Source: Hemiscyllium ocellatum (Eukaryota). Taken from it: a stretch of DNA of 64,000 bases. The notes below the pieces were generated by a model. The model did no database searches. It was not told the origin of the DNA and saw only the letters and a list, made by a program, of their open reading frames with translations. The DNA lies in assembly GCF_020745735.1 (NCBI RefSeq), contig NC_083412.1, positions 59,424,320 to 59,488,319 of the forward strand, given 5' to 3'. Both the position numbers and the translations under genes were made by a program. How positions within the stretch are numbered: the first letter of the stretch is position 1; every line of letters starts with the position of its first letter. Shown here piece by piece: positions 1 through 14,450 of the stretch.

Positions 1-400
1 ATACAAACATGCCCCAATTTTTCACCTCCACACACCAATTACCATTTTAGGCTCTAATAGATCCTACACTTTTTTCCCTTGTCATCACCTGGTTTTTGTA
101 TTTACAAATATCATTGGATATTATCTCATTCCCTTTGCTTTTCTAATATTTTTAAAAACATTTCAACTTTTATAGCTGCTTTACTCTTCTCAGGCTTTCT
201 GCACTGTTGAGTTCTCAGCATCTGACATAAGCTTCAATTTTTTCCTCTTACCTTACCTTGCATATTCATGGATTGCTCAAGGGTCCTCGATTTGAGATTC
301 TCAGCGTTTATCTTTAAGAACATATTTGCTCCAAACCTTCAGTCTTTATCTTGAATGTCACCCACTGCTCTTAACACTTTCAATTTGTTGTTTTTCAACT

Positions 401-740
401 AGAGTCATAGAGATGTACAGCACGGAAACAGAACTTTGGTCCAGCCCGTCCATGCCGACCAGATATCCCAACGCAATCTAGTCCCACCTGCCAGCACTTA
501 GCCCATATCCCTCCAAACTCTTCCTATTCGTGTACCCATCCAGATGCCTCTTAAGTGTTGCAATTGTACCAGCCTCCACCACTTCCTCTGGCACCTCATT
601 CCACACATGCACCACCCTCTGCGTGAAAATGTTGCCCCTTAGGTCTCTTTTATATCTTTCCCTTCTCACCCTAAACCCATGCTCTCTAGTTCTGGACTCC
701 CCGACCCCAGGGAAAAGACTTTGTCTGTTTATCCTCTCCA
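401..740 (-). mobile_element. CR1 LINE 3' fragment
   Basis: ORF 478-771 (RRERYKRDLRGNIFTQRVVHVWNE...) is the CR1 ORF2 C-terminus. Confidence 0.9.
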
Positions 741-1231
741 TCTCAGCTTCGTAAAGTTGGCCTTGTGCCAATGGATAAGTTTTTTTGCTGGATCTACGAA
801 TGTTTTAAAGTAAGTATAAACGAATTATGTTCATTATCAACAAATACTTTTAAGCTAATACACCTTCAACTTGGCTGGCTTCCTGAAGCTAACTAAGATA
901 GTCTTCTTGAATGTATCAGTGTGCACTGATTTTATTCTGGTTAGAATTGGAATGGTTGAAATCCCTGACTGTCACTACCCTTTTGCCTTTGATAATGTTG
1001 TTTGATAAAAAAGAAGAACAGGAGAAAGCTTGAGCAGAGCATAAATGGAGCATGGACTGCTTGGGCTGAATGTCCCATTTCTGTGCCATATTCTTTGTGT
1101 AATTCTAATGTTTCTGGGTGTACTCTATGAACAAACCATTGCAAAATTTGTCCCTATGTTTTAGAAAGGGTTATTTTTCTCCCTTGTGGAGTAATGTTAC
1201 TTTGTATTTTTCCAGATCTCTGATTTACAAG

Positions 1232-1795
1232 TCCCAGGGTCATATGGCATGGAAACAGACCCCTCAGTCCATCAGTCTATACCATTCACAAACTAAACTA
1301 GTCTTGTCTGCTTGCGTTTGGCCCATATTCCTCCAAACCTTTCCTATTCATGAATTTATTCAAGTGTCTTTTAAATCATGTAAATATACCTGCATCCACC
1401 AGATTCTCTGGCAGTTCATTTGACACATGAACTACTGTGTAAAAAAAAGTTGTCCTCCTATCATTTTTAAATCTTTCTCCCCTCAGCTTAAAAATATGCC
1501 CCAGTTTTGAACTCCCCTTCCCTAGGGAAAAGACCCTTGTCATTCACCTTATCTATGCCCCTCGTGATTTTATAAACATCAAGGTCACTCCCTCAACCTC
1601 CTACACTCCTGTGAAAAAAATCTTTCCAGTTTATTTTTCTATCTCAAACTCTCCATTTCCTGCAACATCCTGGTGAATCTTTTCTGAACCCTCTCCGGCT
1701 TAATAATATCCTTCCTATAACGGGGTTACCAGAACTGTACACAACACTCCAGAAGAGACCTCACCAATGTCCGATACAGCCTCAGCATGATGACC
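1232..1795 (-). mobile_element. CR1 LINE 3' fragment
   Basis: Reverse complement matches the CR1 3' end seen at 4600-5240. Confidence 0.85.
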
Positions 1796-2351
1796 CTTTA
1801 TAAATAAAGCTATCGGTTTTAATCTATGTATTTTAACACAAAAGGCCTTGTGTTCCTGATCAGGTGTTACATTGGATTTCTCATCCATTTCGGAGGGTAA
1901 TTAAAGTAGTCACTTTGGTGTGTGAATGTAGTTACCTAATTCAGGTTAGGTTCAGGTGGATCCATTGCCTAAGCCACATCCTTTGCATTTTTAATGACAA
2001 TCTCACAGCTTCACAGTTACTTGCTGCAATCTCCAGACTTAAAAGTGAAAAGAAAATCAAATTTCTTAAATTGTTTTGCTGGGATTTGAACTCTCATTCT
2101 CTGGAGTAGCCCAGTTTTCTACATTTAAAGTAATGTGACTTATAGTGTCATTCCCATAATACAAACATTATAAATATAACTTGTAGAGAAAACAGAATAC
2201 TACAGTGATTGAAATTTGCTCTTCAGTTCTGTAGCTGTGTATTTGGTCACTTCTGTGCTTTTGAAGAAGGAGCAAATAACTTATAGAAGGCAGCATTTGT
2301 TTTGTTTTTTTTAACATTGAAGAAAATTATTTTGTTTAATATATATTAAAT

Positions 2352-3965
2352 ATTGGATGTAGGTTTGCTCGCTGAACTGGAAGATTCATTTCCAGACATT
2401 TGTCACCCTACTAGGTAACATCTTCAGTGGGCCTCAGGCAAAGCACTGCTGAAAATTCCTGCTTTTTTTTATATGTTTGGTTTTCTTTGGTTGGTGATGT
2501 CATTTCCTTTTTTTTCTCAGGGGGTGGTAGATGGGGTCTAACTCTCAATGTATTTGTTGATAGAGATCCAGTTGGAATGCCATGCTCCTAGGAATTCTCG
2601 TGCATGTCCTTGTTTGGCTTGTCCTAGGATGGATGTGTTAGTAGAAGAATCACACCACTCCATCCACTCTACCCAAGAATTCTTGAAGACCATCAAAGAC
2701 ATTAAGATATGAGAGGATGAAAGAATGGTCTCCTTTGATGTAACAGCCCTGTTTACATCAATCAACATTAACTTGGCCAAGGAAACACTGACTACACTAT
2801 TAGAAGACCCAAAGATATATGCAACAATCACCACTAACTTCATCAACAAGGACAGTATGATCAAGCTAGTGGACCTATGCCTTACAACCCACTTCACCTT
2901 CAACAACAAAACCGACAGACAAACCAATGGAACACCTATGGGATCTCGATATCAGGGTTCTTAGCAGAGGCAATAATGCAGAAACGTGAACAAACAGCTC
3001 TGCCAACCATCCAACCCAAACTTTGGGTCCACTACATGGATGACACCTTTGTCATCACTAAATGAAACAAATTAGAGGAAACCTTCAAGACCATCAATAA
3101 TACCCTGACTGGCATAAGGCTCACTAAAGAGGAGCAAAACAACAATAAACTGCCATTCCTAGATGTCACAGTCGAGTGAACAGCCAATGGGGAACTTCAA
3201 ATCAGCTTTTGCAGGAAAACAACACGTACAGAACAAATATTGAACTACAGAAGCAATCATTCCAACATCCACAAATGAAGCTGCATCAGAACATTATTTC
3301 AACAAGCCACCACACACTGCAGCACAGAGGAACTATGCAGAGCACAGGAAAATCACCTATACCATGTATTCAAAAAGAGTGGGTACCCAATGAATACAGT
3401 CCGCCTATTTCTCAGCAACAAACCCAAACAAGCAGACAAAACATGTCCGGAAACCCTAGCTACTCTCCCCTACATCAAAGACATTTCAGAAATGACTGCC
3501 AGACTACTCAGACCCCTTGGCATAATGGTAGCCCATAAACCCACCAACACACTAAAATAGCAGCTAATGAACTTGAAAGACACTATACAGACAACAAGCA
3601 AAATTAATGTCATTTACAAAATACTGTGCAAAGACAGTAACAAACACTACATTGGACAAACAGGCAGAAAACTAGCAACAAGGATATATGAACACCAGCT
3701 GGCCACAAAAAGATGTGACCCTCTCTCACTAGTATCCTTATATATGGATGAGGAAGGACACCACTTCGTCTGGGACAATACATCCATCCGAGGACAAGCC
3801 AAACAAAGACACGCATGAGAATTTCTAGAAGCATGGCATTCCACCGGACCTCTATTAACAAACACATCGAGTTAGATCCTATCTACCACCCCCTGAGAAA
3901 AGGAACAGGAAATGACTTCACCACAGGAAATGACATCACCAACCCAAAGAAACCTTAACAAATAA
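2352..3965 (+). mobile_element. Penelope-like element (RT plus GIY-YIG) with inverted 5' terminal repeat; decayed
   Basis: RT fragments MVSFDVTALFTSI, QTNGTPMGS and YMDDTFVI; GIY-YIG KHYIGQTGRKLATRIYEHQLA. 2352-2650 is the reverse complement of the element's 3' end. Confidence 0.9.
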
Positions 3966-3967
3966 AT

Positions 3968-5240
3968 TCTAGGCTTTGTGCATGGGAATTCATGTCTTAA
4001 CTTGATTGAACTTTTTGAGGAAGTAACAAAGAGGATTGATAAGGGCAGAGCAGTAGATGCGATCTATATGGACTTCAGTTAGGCGTTCGACAAGATTCCC
4101 CATGGGAGACTGGTTATCAAGGTTGAATCTCACAGAATACAGGGAGAATTAGCCACTTGAATGCAGAACTGGCTCAAAGGTAGAAGACAAAGGGGGGTGG
4201 TGTATGGTTGTTTTTCAGACTGGAAGCCTGTGACCAGTGGAGTGGCACAAGGATCGGTGCAGGATCCTCTACTTTTTGTCATTTACATCAATGATTTGGA
4301 TGCAAGCATAAGAGGTACAGTTAGTAAGTTTACAAATGACACCAAAATTGGAGGTGTAGTGGACAGTGAAGAGGGTAACCTTCGATTACAACAGGATCTT
4401 GACCAGATGGGCCAATGGGCTGAGAAGTGGCAAATGGAGTTTAATTCAGATAAATACAAGGTGTTACATTTTGGGAAAGCAAATCTTAGCAGGACTTAAT
4501 GATAAGGTCCTAGGGAGTGGCGCTGAATAAAGAGACCTTGGAGTGCAGGTTCATAGCTCCTTGAAAGTGGAGTCGCAGGTAGATAGTAACTGAAGAAGGC
4601 GTTTTGTATGCTTTCCTTTATTGGTCAGAGTATTGAGTACAGGACTTGGGAGGTCATGTTGCAGCTGTACAGGACATTGGTTAGGCCACTGTTGGAATAT
4701 TGCATGCAATTCTGGTCTCCTTTCTATTGGAAAGATGTTGTGAAACTTGAAAAAGTTCAGAAAAGATTTACAAGGATGTTGCCAGGGTTGGAGGATTTGA
4801 GCTATAGGGAGAGGCTGTACAGGCTAGGACTGTTTTCCTTGGAGCATCTGAGGCTGAGTGGTGACCTTTTGGAGGTTTACAAAATTATGAGGGGCATGGA
4901 TAGGGTAAATAGGCAAAGTCTTTTCCCTGGGATCAGGGAATCCAGAACTAGGGGGCATCGGTTTATGGTGAGAGAGGAAAGATATAAAAGAGACCTAAGG
5001 AGCAACTTTTTCACGCAGAGGGTGGTACGTGTATGGAATGAGCTGCCAGAGGAGGTGGTGGAGGCTGGTACAATTGCAACATTTAAGAGGCATTTGGATG
5101 GGTATATGAAATAGGAAGGGTGTGGAGGGATGTGGGCCGGATGCTGGCAGGTGGGACCAGATTGGGTTGGGATATCTGGTCGGCATCGACGGGTTGGACC
5201 GAAGGGTCTGTTTCCGTTCTGTATGTCTCTATGACTGTAA
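3968..5240 (+). mobile_element. 5'-truncated CR1 LINE nested in the Penelope element
   Basis: GVAQGSVQDPLLFVIYINDLD, SKFTNDTKIGG, RTLVRPLLEYC..FWSP; typical CR1 3' tail ending ctctatgac. Confidence 0.93.
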
Positions 5241-5244
5241 ATAG

Positions 5245-5400
5245 AAAGCATCAGTTTTGAGCAGTGCTTCGCCTGAGGCCCACTGAAGATGTTACCTAAT
5301 AGGGTGATGAAACTTCTGGAAATGAACCTTCCAGCTCAGCGAGCAAACCTACATCTAAAACCTCAGCCTGAGCTGCAAATCTTCTCAACACTTGCTAATA
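5245..5400 (+). mobile_element. Displaced 3' terminus of the same Penelope element
   Basis: Continues the sequence broken at about 3965 and is the reverse complement of 2352-2470. Confidence 0.8.
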
Positions 5401-5444
5401 TATTAAGTATAACATAACTTTGGTAACTGCTATTCTTTTCCCAG

Positions 5445-5571
5445 GGATCTCCATTCACTGTAACAGTCACAAGTAAACTCCGTAAGCACACTGGTATATT
5501 TCATTGCTGCACGTTCTGTTCTAGTGGTGGACAAAAGGATATCCGTTGTGGTTGCAGAGGCACAATGCCTG
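5445..5571 (+). CDS. TRIM45: TRIM45 penultimate coding exon (end of filamin repeat plus Cys/His-rich C-terminal region)
   Basis: Acceptor tattcttttcccAG (5443-44), donor GTgag (5572). Translates GSPFTVTVTSKLRKHTGIFHCCTFCSSGGQKDIRCGCRGTMP(G), matching the recalled vertebrate TRIM45 segment GSPFTV..R.H.GVFHCCTFCSSGGQK.ARC.CGGTMPG. Its phase-1 end matches the next exon. Confidence 0.93.
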
Positions 5572-6203
5572 GTGAGTTTAATAGAAAATCTCACTTGTAA
5601 TTGTTCCATTGCAGATAGCCAGACATTGAATGATAAAACTGGGGCGAAATCCATTCAAAATATCATTACTCAGAGATAAACAATACAAACATGAACCTCT
5701 TAATTCTACAGCTATAGTTTCATATGCTTTATATTCTGAGAGGTGCAAGTGAAACACCATTTTAATCATCTGAATGCAATGAGGCCTCAATTTTAATACA
5801 CAATTAATAATAGACTCATGCCTCAGAATATGTAGTATGCATTGCATGATAATTTACACTTGCAGATTCTTTAATACATTGTTGATATACTTTATAAGTG
5901 AGTAACACAGCTCACTGATTTTTTAAAAAATTTCTTACTGTGTTGTAAATAAAAGTGATTTGACAGTCCATATAAATAATGTTTGGAAATAGAAAAAAAT
6001 GAAACAGCACAAATAATGGCAGAGAATAGCTTTTTAAATTTATCCTCCCTAATTTATTTTCTTAAAGTGTGAAAAATCATCTATGCAAAGGGGAGGTTTT
6101 TTTTTGTAGACTCTGAAGCTATACATGATTGTTTTGAAGTAATTAAATGTGGACAGAGAGGAAAAGATGACTTATTCATGTATGCTGTTCCATCCAGCTC
6201 ATG

Positions 6204-7075
6204 AAAGAACAAAGAACTCTACAGCACAGGAATAGGCCCTTCGGCACTCCAAGTCTGAGCTCACACATTTTGTCCTTCCATACTAAAACTGTCTTCACTT
6301 ACAGAATCCGTTTCCCTCTATTCCCTTCCTTTTCGTGTATTCATTCAGGTGTTGCTTGAATGCTGCTATTGTGTTTGCCTCCTCCACCACCTCTGACAGT
6401 ACGCTCCAGCCACTCAGCACTCTGCGTGAAGAACTTGCCTCACATCTCTTTTTTTTTAAACTTCCCCCACTCCCAACACCTTGAACCTGTGTCCCCTAGT
6501 AATTGTCCCCTCCATCTTGGGAAGAAAACCTCATACATTCCACTCTTTCTGTGCCATTCACAATCTTATAAACTTCTATAAGGTCGCCTTTCAACCTCCT
6601 GGGTTCCAGTGAAAACAAACCTAGTTTATCCAACCTTTCTTCATAGCAAAATCTCCCATAATAGGCAACATCCTGGTAAACCTTTTCTGTACCTTCAAAA
6701 CATCCAAATCCTTCTGGTAGTGTGGTGATCAGAACTATACAATATTGCAGATGTGGCTTAACTTGTCTATCCTTCTACTCAATGCCTCTTGCACTAAAGG
6801 CAAGCATGCCATAACCCTTTCCTACTACCTTATCTACCTGCATTGCCACCTTCAGTGATCTGTGGAACTACACACCCAGATCGGCATATCAGTACTGCTG
6901 AGGGTTTTGCCATTCACTATACAAATTTCACTGGTATTTGTCCTTCCAAAATGCATCGCCTCACATTTGTCTGGATTAAACTCCATCTGCCATTTTTCTA
7001 CTTTTGCCTCCAACTAATCTATATCTGGCAGTATCCTCTGACAGTGTTCCTCACTATCCGCAATCCCACCAATCT
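6204..7075 (-). mobile_element. CR1 LINE 3' fragment
   Basis: aaagaacaaagaactctacagcacagg tail; reverse-strand WQMEFNPDKCE-type and 3' ORF2 remnants. Confidence 0.85.
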
Positions 7076-7262
7076 GAACAACTTATTGAGAAAATACAAT
7101 TCAGAGTATAGGGTTGAATATAAACACTTGCCTTTTTATAGAAAGTAGAAATGTAGTTAGTGTGATGAAGGGCATTGTTTCTGACATGACACTGCATAAA
7201 ATTTACAGGGATTGTTGAATCTACAGTATTATGAAACTTTGTTCTTTGTATTCAATTGGCAG

Positions 7263-7411
7263 GTGGGTACCAAGGCTGTGGACATGGGCACAAAGGACAC
7301 CCGGGCCAGCCACACTGGTCCTGTTGTGGAAAGTTGACTGAACATTCAGAATGCCCTGGAACAATAAATAGCAACTCTCACCAGAGCCTGGTTAGAACTG
7401 TTGCTTTGTAA
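7263..7411 (+). CDS. TRIM45: TRIM45 last coding exon
   Basis: AG acceptor at 7261-62. Translates (G)GYQGCGHGHKGHPGQPHWSCCGKLTEHSECPGTINSNSHQSLVRTVAL*, matching the recalled TRIM45 C-terminus GGYLGCGHGHKGHPGHPHWSCCGKFNEKSEC...SLLRTVAL. TAA at 7409-7411. Confidence 0.95.
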
Positions 7412-7800
7412 AACAAAACCAAGACATGAAAACCACAAACCTAACGTTGATCTTTTAAAATTTTGCATTAAAGTAATGACTGTTCAGCCAATCTAGAAAA
7501 CTTTGTGATCTTCAGGTATGCTCAAAGATTAGCCAGTTTAATGCCTGCTATAGTTTTTCGTGTAAGATGAGAACGGAGATAGAAAATTAGCTATTGTTAA
7601 TTACTTTTGGGGTCTTTTCAAAAGGACTAATTTATCCGTAATAATTCCAAGAGAAGTAACTTAAACATTCACTGAACCGAGCCTTTTCAAATAAAAAGAT
7701 CTGCAATTTAGGAATAACCAAGAAATTACTGTAATTTTGTTGCAGATTTCACAAATGAATACTCTACAGCATAGAGTGTAATAAAGGATCTAGTTATTTT
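7412..7800 (+). other. TRIM45: TRIM45 3' UTR with candidate polyadenylation signals
   Basis: AT-rich unique sequence after the stop; AATAAA at 7690-7695 and 7780-7785. True 3' end unknown. Confidence 0.5.
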
Positions 7801-9499
7801 TAATGAATTACCTTGTACTAGAAGTAATGCATTATTATGTTATAATACACAGAAATCATTTCAAAATATTAGAGATGTAATCAAAATACCACGGCCTGAG
7901 CAACATTAATGGAAACTGCCATATGGGATACTGTGATATACTTTGAATTGAATCCATTGTTTGTCATCAATCTGGTTCATTCAGACTTTTTTTTGACTAA
8001 ATGGTACATGTTTTGGAAGTAAAGATCTGTGTAAGGAGACATTGCATGCGCTATTTGTAGAAATGTAGCCAATTAAATAACACGGTAATTTTGTATGTGC
8101 ATTGAGTTTAGTTTTGTCCAAAGTATACACATGTTGCATGCATACTCTATATTAACATGGATTCATACTGAATGGAAGTTTAGCTCATACTCAAAGCAAA
8201 GATTAACTTTAGTGATCTCAATACTCTAATTATAATTAAAATTAAATCAATTTTATAAATTTCAAATAATATCAACCATATAATGTACATTTTAACACCA
8301 TTTTTGTGCCAATTTGAAATACTCAAAGTTTATTTCAACCATTGTATTACAAACAGTGTATTTTAGGTTGGGGTTCGCAGCTACAGTGTCCAGAAAGCAA
8401 TTGAGGCACTTAAATAACCTCTCAAGGCCTCATAAAATCATTATTGATATTCAGCTAGCAGTGAGTGGAGGAACTTGCCATAAGTGCATGTAGAGGGAAC
8501 CAGCATCAGGAAGCAAAGAGAGGGGTCTGTGGTGGTATGAAGCTCTCCCTTCTCTCAACTAACTGTAATACCAGCAGTAGCTGCCACTATTGGTGGCATT
8601 GCCATTACTGCTACCAATATTGCGAGCTGCTGGCCTCTGGCTGACAACCCTTGGGCAAAGTGGGGAGTGGGGTGAGGGAGGATACCCAAGATGTGGTAGT
8701 GCAGCAACTAAATGATGCTGGGAGATGTACAGGTTCTCAAAAAAGGATACTGGCTGTCGAATAGAAACTTCATCATGATTGCTAGAGATGGGCAAGTGTG
8801 GGTGATGGACGACCCAGATGAAATTCCATCAGTAGTGTGTGAGATGTTACTTTATTGTCTACCTTTTATACTCACCACTTAGATTAACACAACATGCTAC
8901 TTATGGTAGCCTTTATATTGGCTCTGCTTAATCTACACAGCGTTTTGATCATTCAAACTTATGGACCAATACAAAAAAACTGGAACCTGAAGCAATTTGA
9001 TGTGCCACGTTGAAGTGCTGGATTTTTTTTAATCCATCAGGATTTTCTTTATTTACTTTATTGTGATTTAGTTTTTTTTAAACTTGTACATCAGACTTTT
9101 AAAAGCTTGAATTTTAATTTATATGTAATGCACAAATTCAATGTTTAACCCATTTAATAAAACTAATTTCAATGTATTAAGCTTTATCTGTTTGATTTCT
9201 GGACTGTGCTTGCATTCGGCATACATAGCTTGATATTTTTATACTGATAATGTAACAGTAAGTGTTCACAAGAATCACCCAAACCACAATAACCATGTAT
9301 GGAAAGGACTTGAGTTTGACCGATTATGAGACCAGACTGCTGTTATTGAGATGGGGGAACAGTCTATTTAATTTTTTTATCCTTGGATCAGCATGTTCTG
9401 GAACTGATGAGAAAACAGATTACATCAACATTGTTACTGTGTGTGATATGACAAAATTAATTAGTGACCTTAGAATAAAGGCACCTCGAGGTAAAAATG

Positions 9500-12430
9500 A
9501 GCACAATATGATTTGAATGTTGCATTCAACTTGAATGGGAAACAATGTATCTAAGACTAGTATTATAAACCTAAATAAAGACATGAGAGCTGCGTTAGCT
9601 GAAGTAAACTGGCATACTAGGCCAAGGGATGATCAATTGAAAAGCAGCAACAAGCATTTAAGGTGATATTTCAGAATATGTAACTATAAAGAAACATTAT
9701 CAAAGGATTCCCACCAACCATGGCTGATTGAAGATGTTAGGGGAATCAACAAACTTAAAGAAAAGGCATATAACTGCAAAGTTGAGTGAAAGATCAGATT
9801 ACTTGACAGAATATAAAAATGTCTGTGCATGAAAAAAAGGTTAATAAAGAGGAAGAAATTACAGTATGAGACAAAGTTTACAAAAGAATGCATTGCAGGA
9901 ATTTCTATAGGTATTTAAAAGGGGAACGAGTCAATAAAGAGCGTTTGTTCTCAAGAAGGAGGATAGGGAGTTAATAGTAGATAATAAAATGAAATGAATA
10001 AATATTTCCTTCTTTCTTCCTAAAGAGGATAGAGAAAGTAATTCCAGTTTAGCTGAAATCATGAGGTGAAAAGGAGAAAAGAACTTTGTGAAATTGCAGT
10101 CTCAAGGGAAATGGTAATTAGCAAACTGATGAAACTGTGGGCTGACAAATCTCCAGGTTCAGATGGACTTCATTCTAGGATCTTAAGAGATGTTGCTAAT
10201 AAGATCATAGACACCATAAGTTATAGATGCAGTCTTCTCCTTTATTCGATTATGGCTGATATATTTCTCAACCCCAGTCTTCTACCTTCTCCCCATAACC
10301 TTCAATTCTCTCACTAATCAAGAACCTGTCTTAAGTGCACTCAATGACTGCCTCCACAGCCTTCTGCAACAATGAGTTCCACAGGTTAACTACCTCAGGC
10401 TAAAGAAATTTCTTTTCGTCTCAGTTGTAAAGGGTCATCCCTTCACTCTTGAGGCTGTGGCCTCAGATCCTGGTCTTTTCTACTACTGGAAACATCTTCT
10501 CAATGTCCACTTTATCCAGGCTTCTCTGCATTCAGTAAGTTTCAATGAGATTTCTGCCCCACTGCTCTAAACCCTATCGAGTACAGAAGCAAAGTCCTCA
10601 GTTCTCATATGACAATCCCTTCAACCCACGATCATTCTTGTAAACCTATTCTGGACACCCTACGATACCAGCATATCCATTCTTTGAGATGGGGCCCGAA
10701 ATGCAGTCTACCTTAGCAGGACATTCCTGCTGTCATGTTCTAGCCCTCTTGAAATGAATGCTAACAATGCATTTGCCTTTATAACTGACAACTAAACCTG
10801 CATGTTAGCATTAATAGAATCCTGAAGTTAGACTCCTAAGTCCCTTTGAGCTTCTGATTTCTGAAGCCTGTCCCAGTTTAGAAAATAGCCGACCCCTCTG
10901 TTCTTCCCACCAAAGTGCATAACCTCACACTTTCCACATTGTATTCCAACTGCCAATTTTTTGCCCACTCTCTTAGCCTGTCCAAGGCCTTTTGCAGCCT
11001 TCTTGCTTCCTCAACACTATCTATCCCTACACCTATGTTTGTGTAATCTGCAAATTTAGCAACAATACCCTCAATTTCATCCAGATCATTAATGTGTAGT
11101 GTGAATAGCTGTGGTCCCAACACTGCTGCAGAACTCCGCTTTCCACTGCCTGCCATTCCAAAAAAAATCCCTTTGTCCCTACTCTCTGCCTTATGTCAGT
11201 CTGCCAATCTTCTATCCATGCCAGTATTTTGCCCCTAATACTCTTATCTAGCCAGCAAAAGTGAGGACTGCAGATGCTGGAAATCAGAGTCTAGATTAGA
11301 CTGCTCCTCGGATGCTGCCTGACTGGCTGTGCTTTTCCAGTACCACTCTAATTTAGACTCTTATCTAGCGGTCTCCTGTGTGGTCTTTTGGTAATCCAAT
11401 CCACGTCCACTGGTAGATCTACTGATTAATTTTCCAAAAGTCCCTTTATTCAGGAAAGATTCCATCAGGCTGGAAAGTTGCAAATATAACCCTTTAAAAA
11501 GGGAGAAAAGCAGGAAATTAAAGGCCTTATCTGTCATGGAGAAGATGTTAGAATTGATCATTGAAGAGATTATAGCTGCCCACTTAAATATAGTTTCCTG
11601 AAAGGGAATGGTGTTTAACCATTTATTGGAGTTATTTGAAGGAGTAAGATGTCCTGTGGATAAGGGGGAACCTTTAGGTGTACTTGGAGTTCCAATAGGC
11701 ACTTAATAAGGTACCACATCAAAGCTCTTTTGAAAAACATCAGGGCTGATTGTTTGGCATAACAAACTAACGGGGTTATGAGATTGGCTGGCACAGCACA
11801 TATCAAGAAGTCTCATGGCACACTACCCTTTATTATGACAGAAACTGAACATAAACTAAGGAAGTTTTACTCCAATTATACAGGGGATTGGTGGGACCTC
11901 TTGGATACTGTGTGCAGCTTTGTTCTCCTCATTTAAGGAAGGATGTAAATGCATTGGAGGCAGTTCAGAGAAGGTTTACTGGATTGTTACCTAGAATGAA
12001 TGTGTTATCTTATCAAGCATGTTTCTACTGAAGTTCAGAAGTGTGTTGTGTGATTATTTGAAGTGTATGAGATCCTAACTGGTCTTGACAATATGGACAT
12101 GGAGAGAATGTTTCCTTTTGTAAGTCAGTCCAGAATTAGGGGGCACTATTTTAAAAATTGGAGTTACCATTTTACGACTTTTCGAGATTAGGAGATTTTT
12201 GTTTTCTCTCAGAGTATAGTGTGACTTTGCATCTGTCTACTTCACAAGGCAGTCAAGGAGGAGTTATTGAATATTTGTAAATCAGAAACAGACAGATTCT
12301 TGTTGGGTAAGGGGATCAAATGTTATCAGGGGTAGATGGTAATGTTGCATTTCAAACATAAATATATTAACCATGATCTTATCAAATGGCAGACCACGCT
12401 CATGGGGCTGAGTAGTCTATTTCTGCTCCT
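9500..12430. mobile_element. Cluster of old CR1 fragments in both orientations
   Basis: KSPGSDGLHSRIL (+, about 10150), LGPQLFTLHINDLD and AKFADYT (-, about 11050), and CR1 3' end (+, 11900-12430). Confidence 0.75.
11253..11356. mobile_element. Short pLTR insertion with 13-bp TSD
   Basis: TSD ACTCTTATCTAGC at 11240-11252 and 11357-11369. Confidence 0.8.
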
Positions 12431-12979
12431 GTTTTTTTGTGCCTCTTAGCATTGACTGTTATATCCAATTACCTCCATATTTTTAAAGGATTTCATTTAC
12501 TTGGAACTTAATAAAAGAAGTTTAGACACATAACAATCATGGTTACAACTTAAACTTTTTACTGTATAAAACTTGGTCAACATAATCAATGTCTTTGAAC
12601 AAGTTGGAAGAGAAATAAGTGCAATTTACCCTGCTTTTCCTTTGTGTAAGTTTAATCTTAATACATGTTGGTGCCCTGAGCCTGATTCTAACCCCATTGT
12701 ACCACACGTTGTGCCCAGATGCACTCACCACTGCTGGGATCTCCCTGAAGAGTTGCCATCTTTAAAACAGTGCTGTGTACCTGGACAAGCACTCTTTGTC
12801 TGGACATACCCTACATATTTGCTGACACTTTTTCCAAACATACATGGCAAGAAAGAGTTGGCAGGGACCTGGATCTTCTGCTGATCAAGGTGGTGCAGAG
12901 GGTCATATCCTCATCCCCCTGGACTAGCAGTGGAAGCCTCAACACCAGACCATGGCAGCAATATTGGAAGAAAGGCAAT

Positions 12980-14450
12980 GACAAAGAACAAAGAAAATTA
13001 CAGTACAGGAACAGGCCTTTCGGCCCTCCAGTCTAGATCCTGTATCTAAACCGCTCCCTTATTTTCTAAGAATCAGTGTTCTTCTGCTCACTGCCCATTC
13101 ACATACCGGTCTAGATATGTCTTAAATGGTGCTATCGTGCCCACCTCTACCAGCTCCGCTGGCAGTGCATTCGAGGCATCCACCACCCTCTGCATAAAGA
13201 ACTTTCCATGCATATCTCCCTTCAACTTCTCCTCCTCACCTTAAATTCATGGCCCCTAGTAATTGAGTCCCTCACTCTGGGAAAAAGCTTCTTGCTCCCC
13301 ACCCTGTCTATACCTCTCATGATATTTTAGACTTCTATCAGGTCCCCCGTCAACCTCTGTCTTTCTAATGAAAATAATCCTAACCTACTCAACCTCTATT
13401 CATAGCTAGCATCCTCCATACCAGGCAACATCCTGGTGAGCCTCCTCTGCACCTTCAAGCATCCACATCCTTTTGGTATTGTGGTGACCAGAACTGTATT
13501 CCAAATGTGGCTGAACCAACATCTTATACAACTGTAACATGACCTGCAACCCCTGTACTCAACACCCCATCCATTGAAGGAAAGCATGCCATGTGCCATC
13601 TTGACCACTCTATCAACCTGCATTGTCACCTTCAGGGTACAATGGATCTGAATACCCAGATCTGTCTGTACATCAATTGTCCCTAGGACGTTTCCATTTA
13701 CCATATAGTTTGCTCTTGAATTGGATCTTCTAAAATGCACCACATCATATTTGCTTGGATTGAACTCCATCTGCCATTTCTCACTCCATCTAGCTAGTAC
13801 ACCCTGGACCCCATGCGACTTCACTTTCTCCATTTGCCTACAATGAGGAACCGTATCAAACACCTTACTGAAATCCATGTATATGACATTTACAGCCCTT
13901 CCCTCATCAATCAATTTTGTCACTTCCTCAAAAAATTAAGTTGATAAGACATGACCATCCCTGCACAAAACCTGGGCCTATCACTGATAAGCCCATTTTT
14001 TTTCCAAATGGAAATAGATCCTATCCCTCAGTATGTTGCCCAGCAGCTTTCCAACCACTGACGTCAGGCTCACCGATCTATAATTACCTGGATCATCCCT
14101 GCTACCCTTCTTAAAGAAGGGGACAACATTAGCAATTCTCCAGTCCCCTGGGACCTCACCCGTGTTCAATTATGCTGAAAAGATACCTGTTAAGGCCCTA
14201 GCTATTTCCTCTCTTGCTTTCCTCAGTAACCTGGGGTAGATCCCATCCGGACCTGGAGACTTGTCCACCTTAATGTGTTTTGGAATATCAACACTTCCTC
14301 CCTCCTTATGCCAACTTGACCTAGAATAATCAAACATCTATCCATAACCTCAACATCTGTCCTGTCTCTCTCCTCAGTGAATACCAATGCAAAGTACTCA
14401 TTAAGAATCTCATCCATTTTCTCTGACACCACACATAACTTCCCCCCTTT
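12980..14450 (-). mobile_element. CR1 LINE RT region and 3' end
   Basis: VIYMDFSKVFDTVPH, WQMEFNPSKYDV, PGDWRIANVVPFFKKGSRDDPGNYRSVSLTS. Confidence 0.9.
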
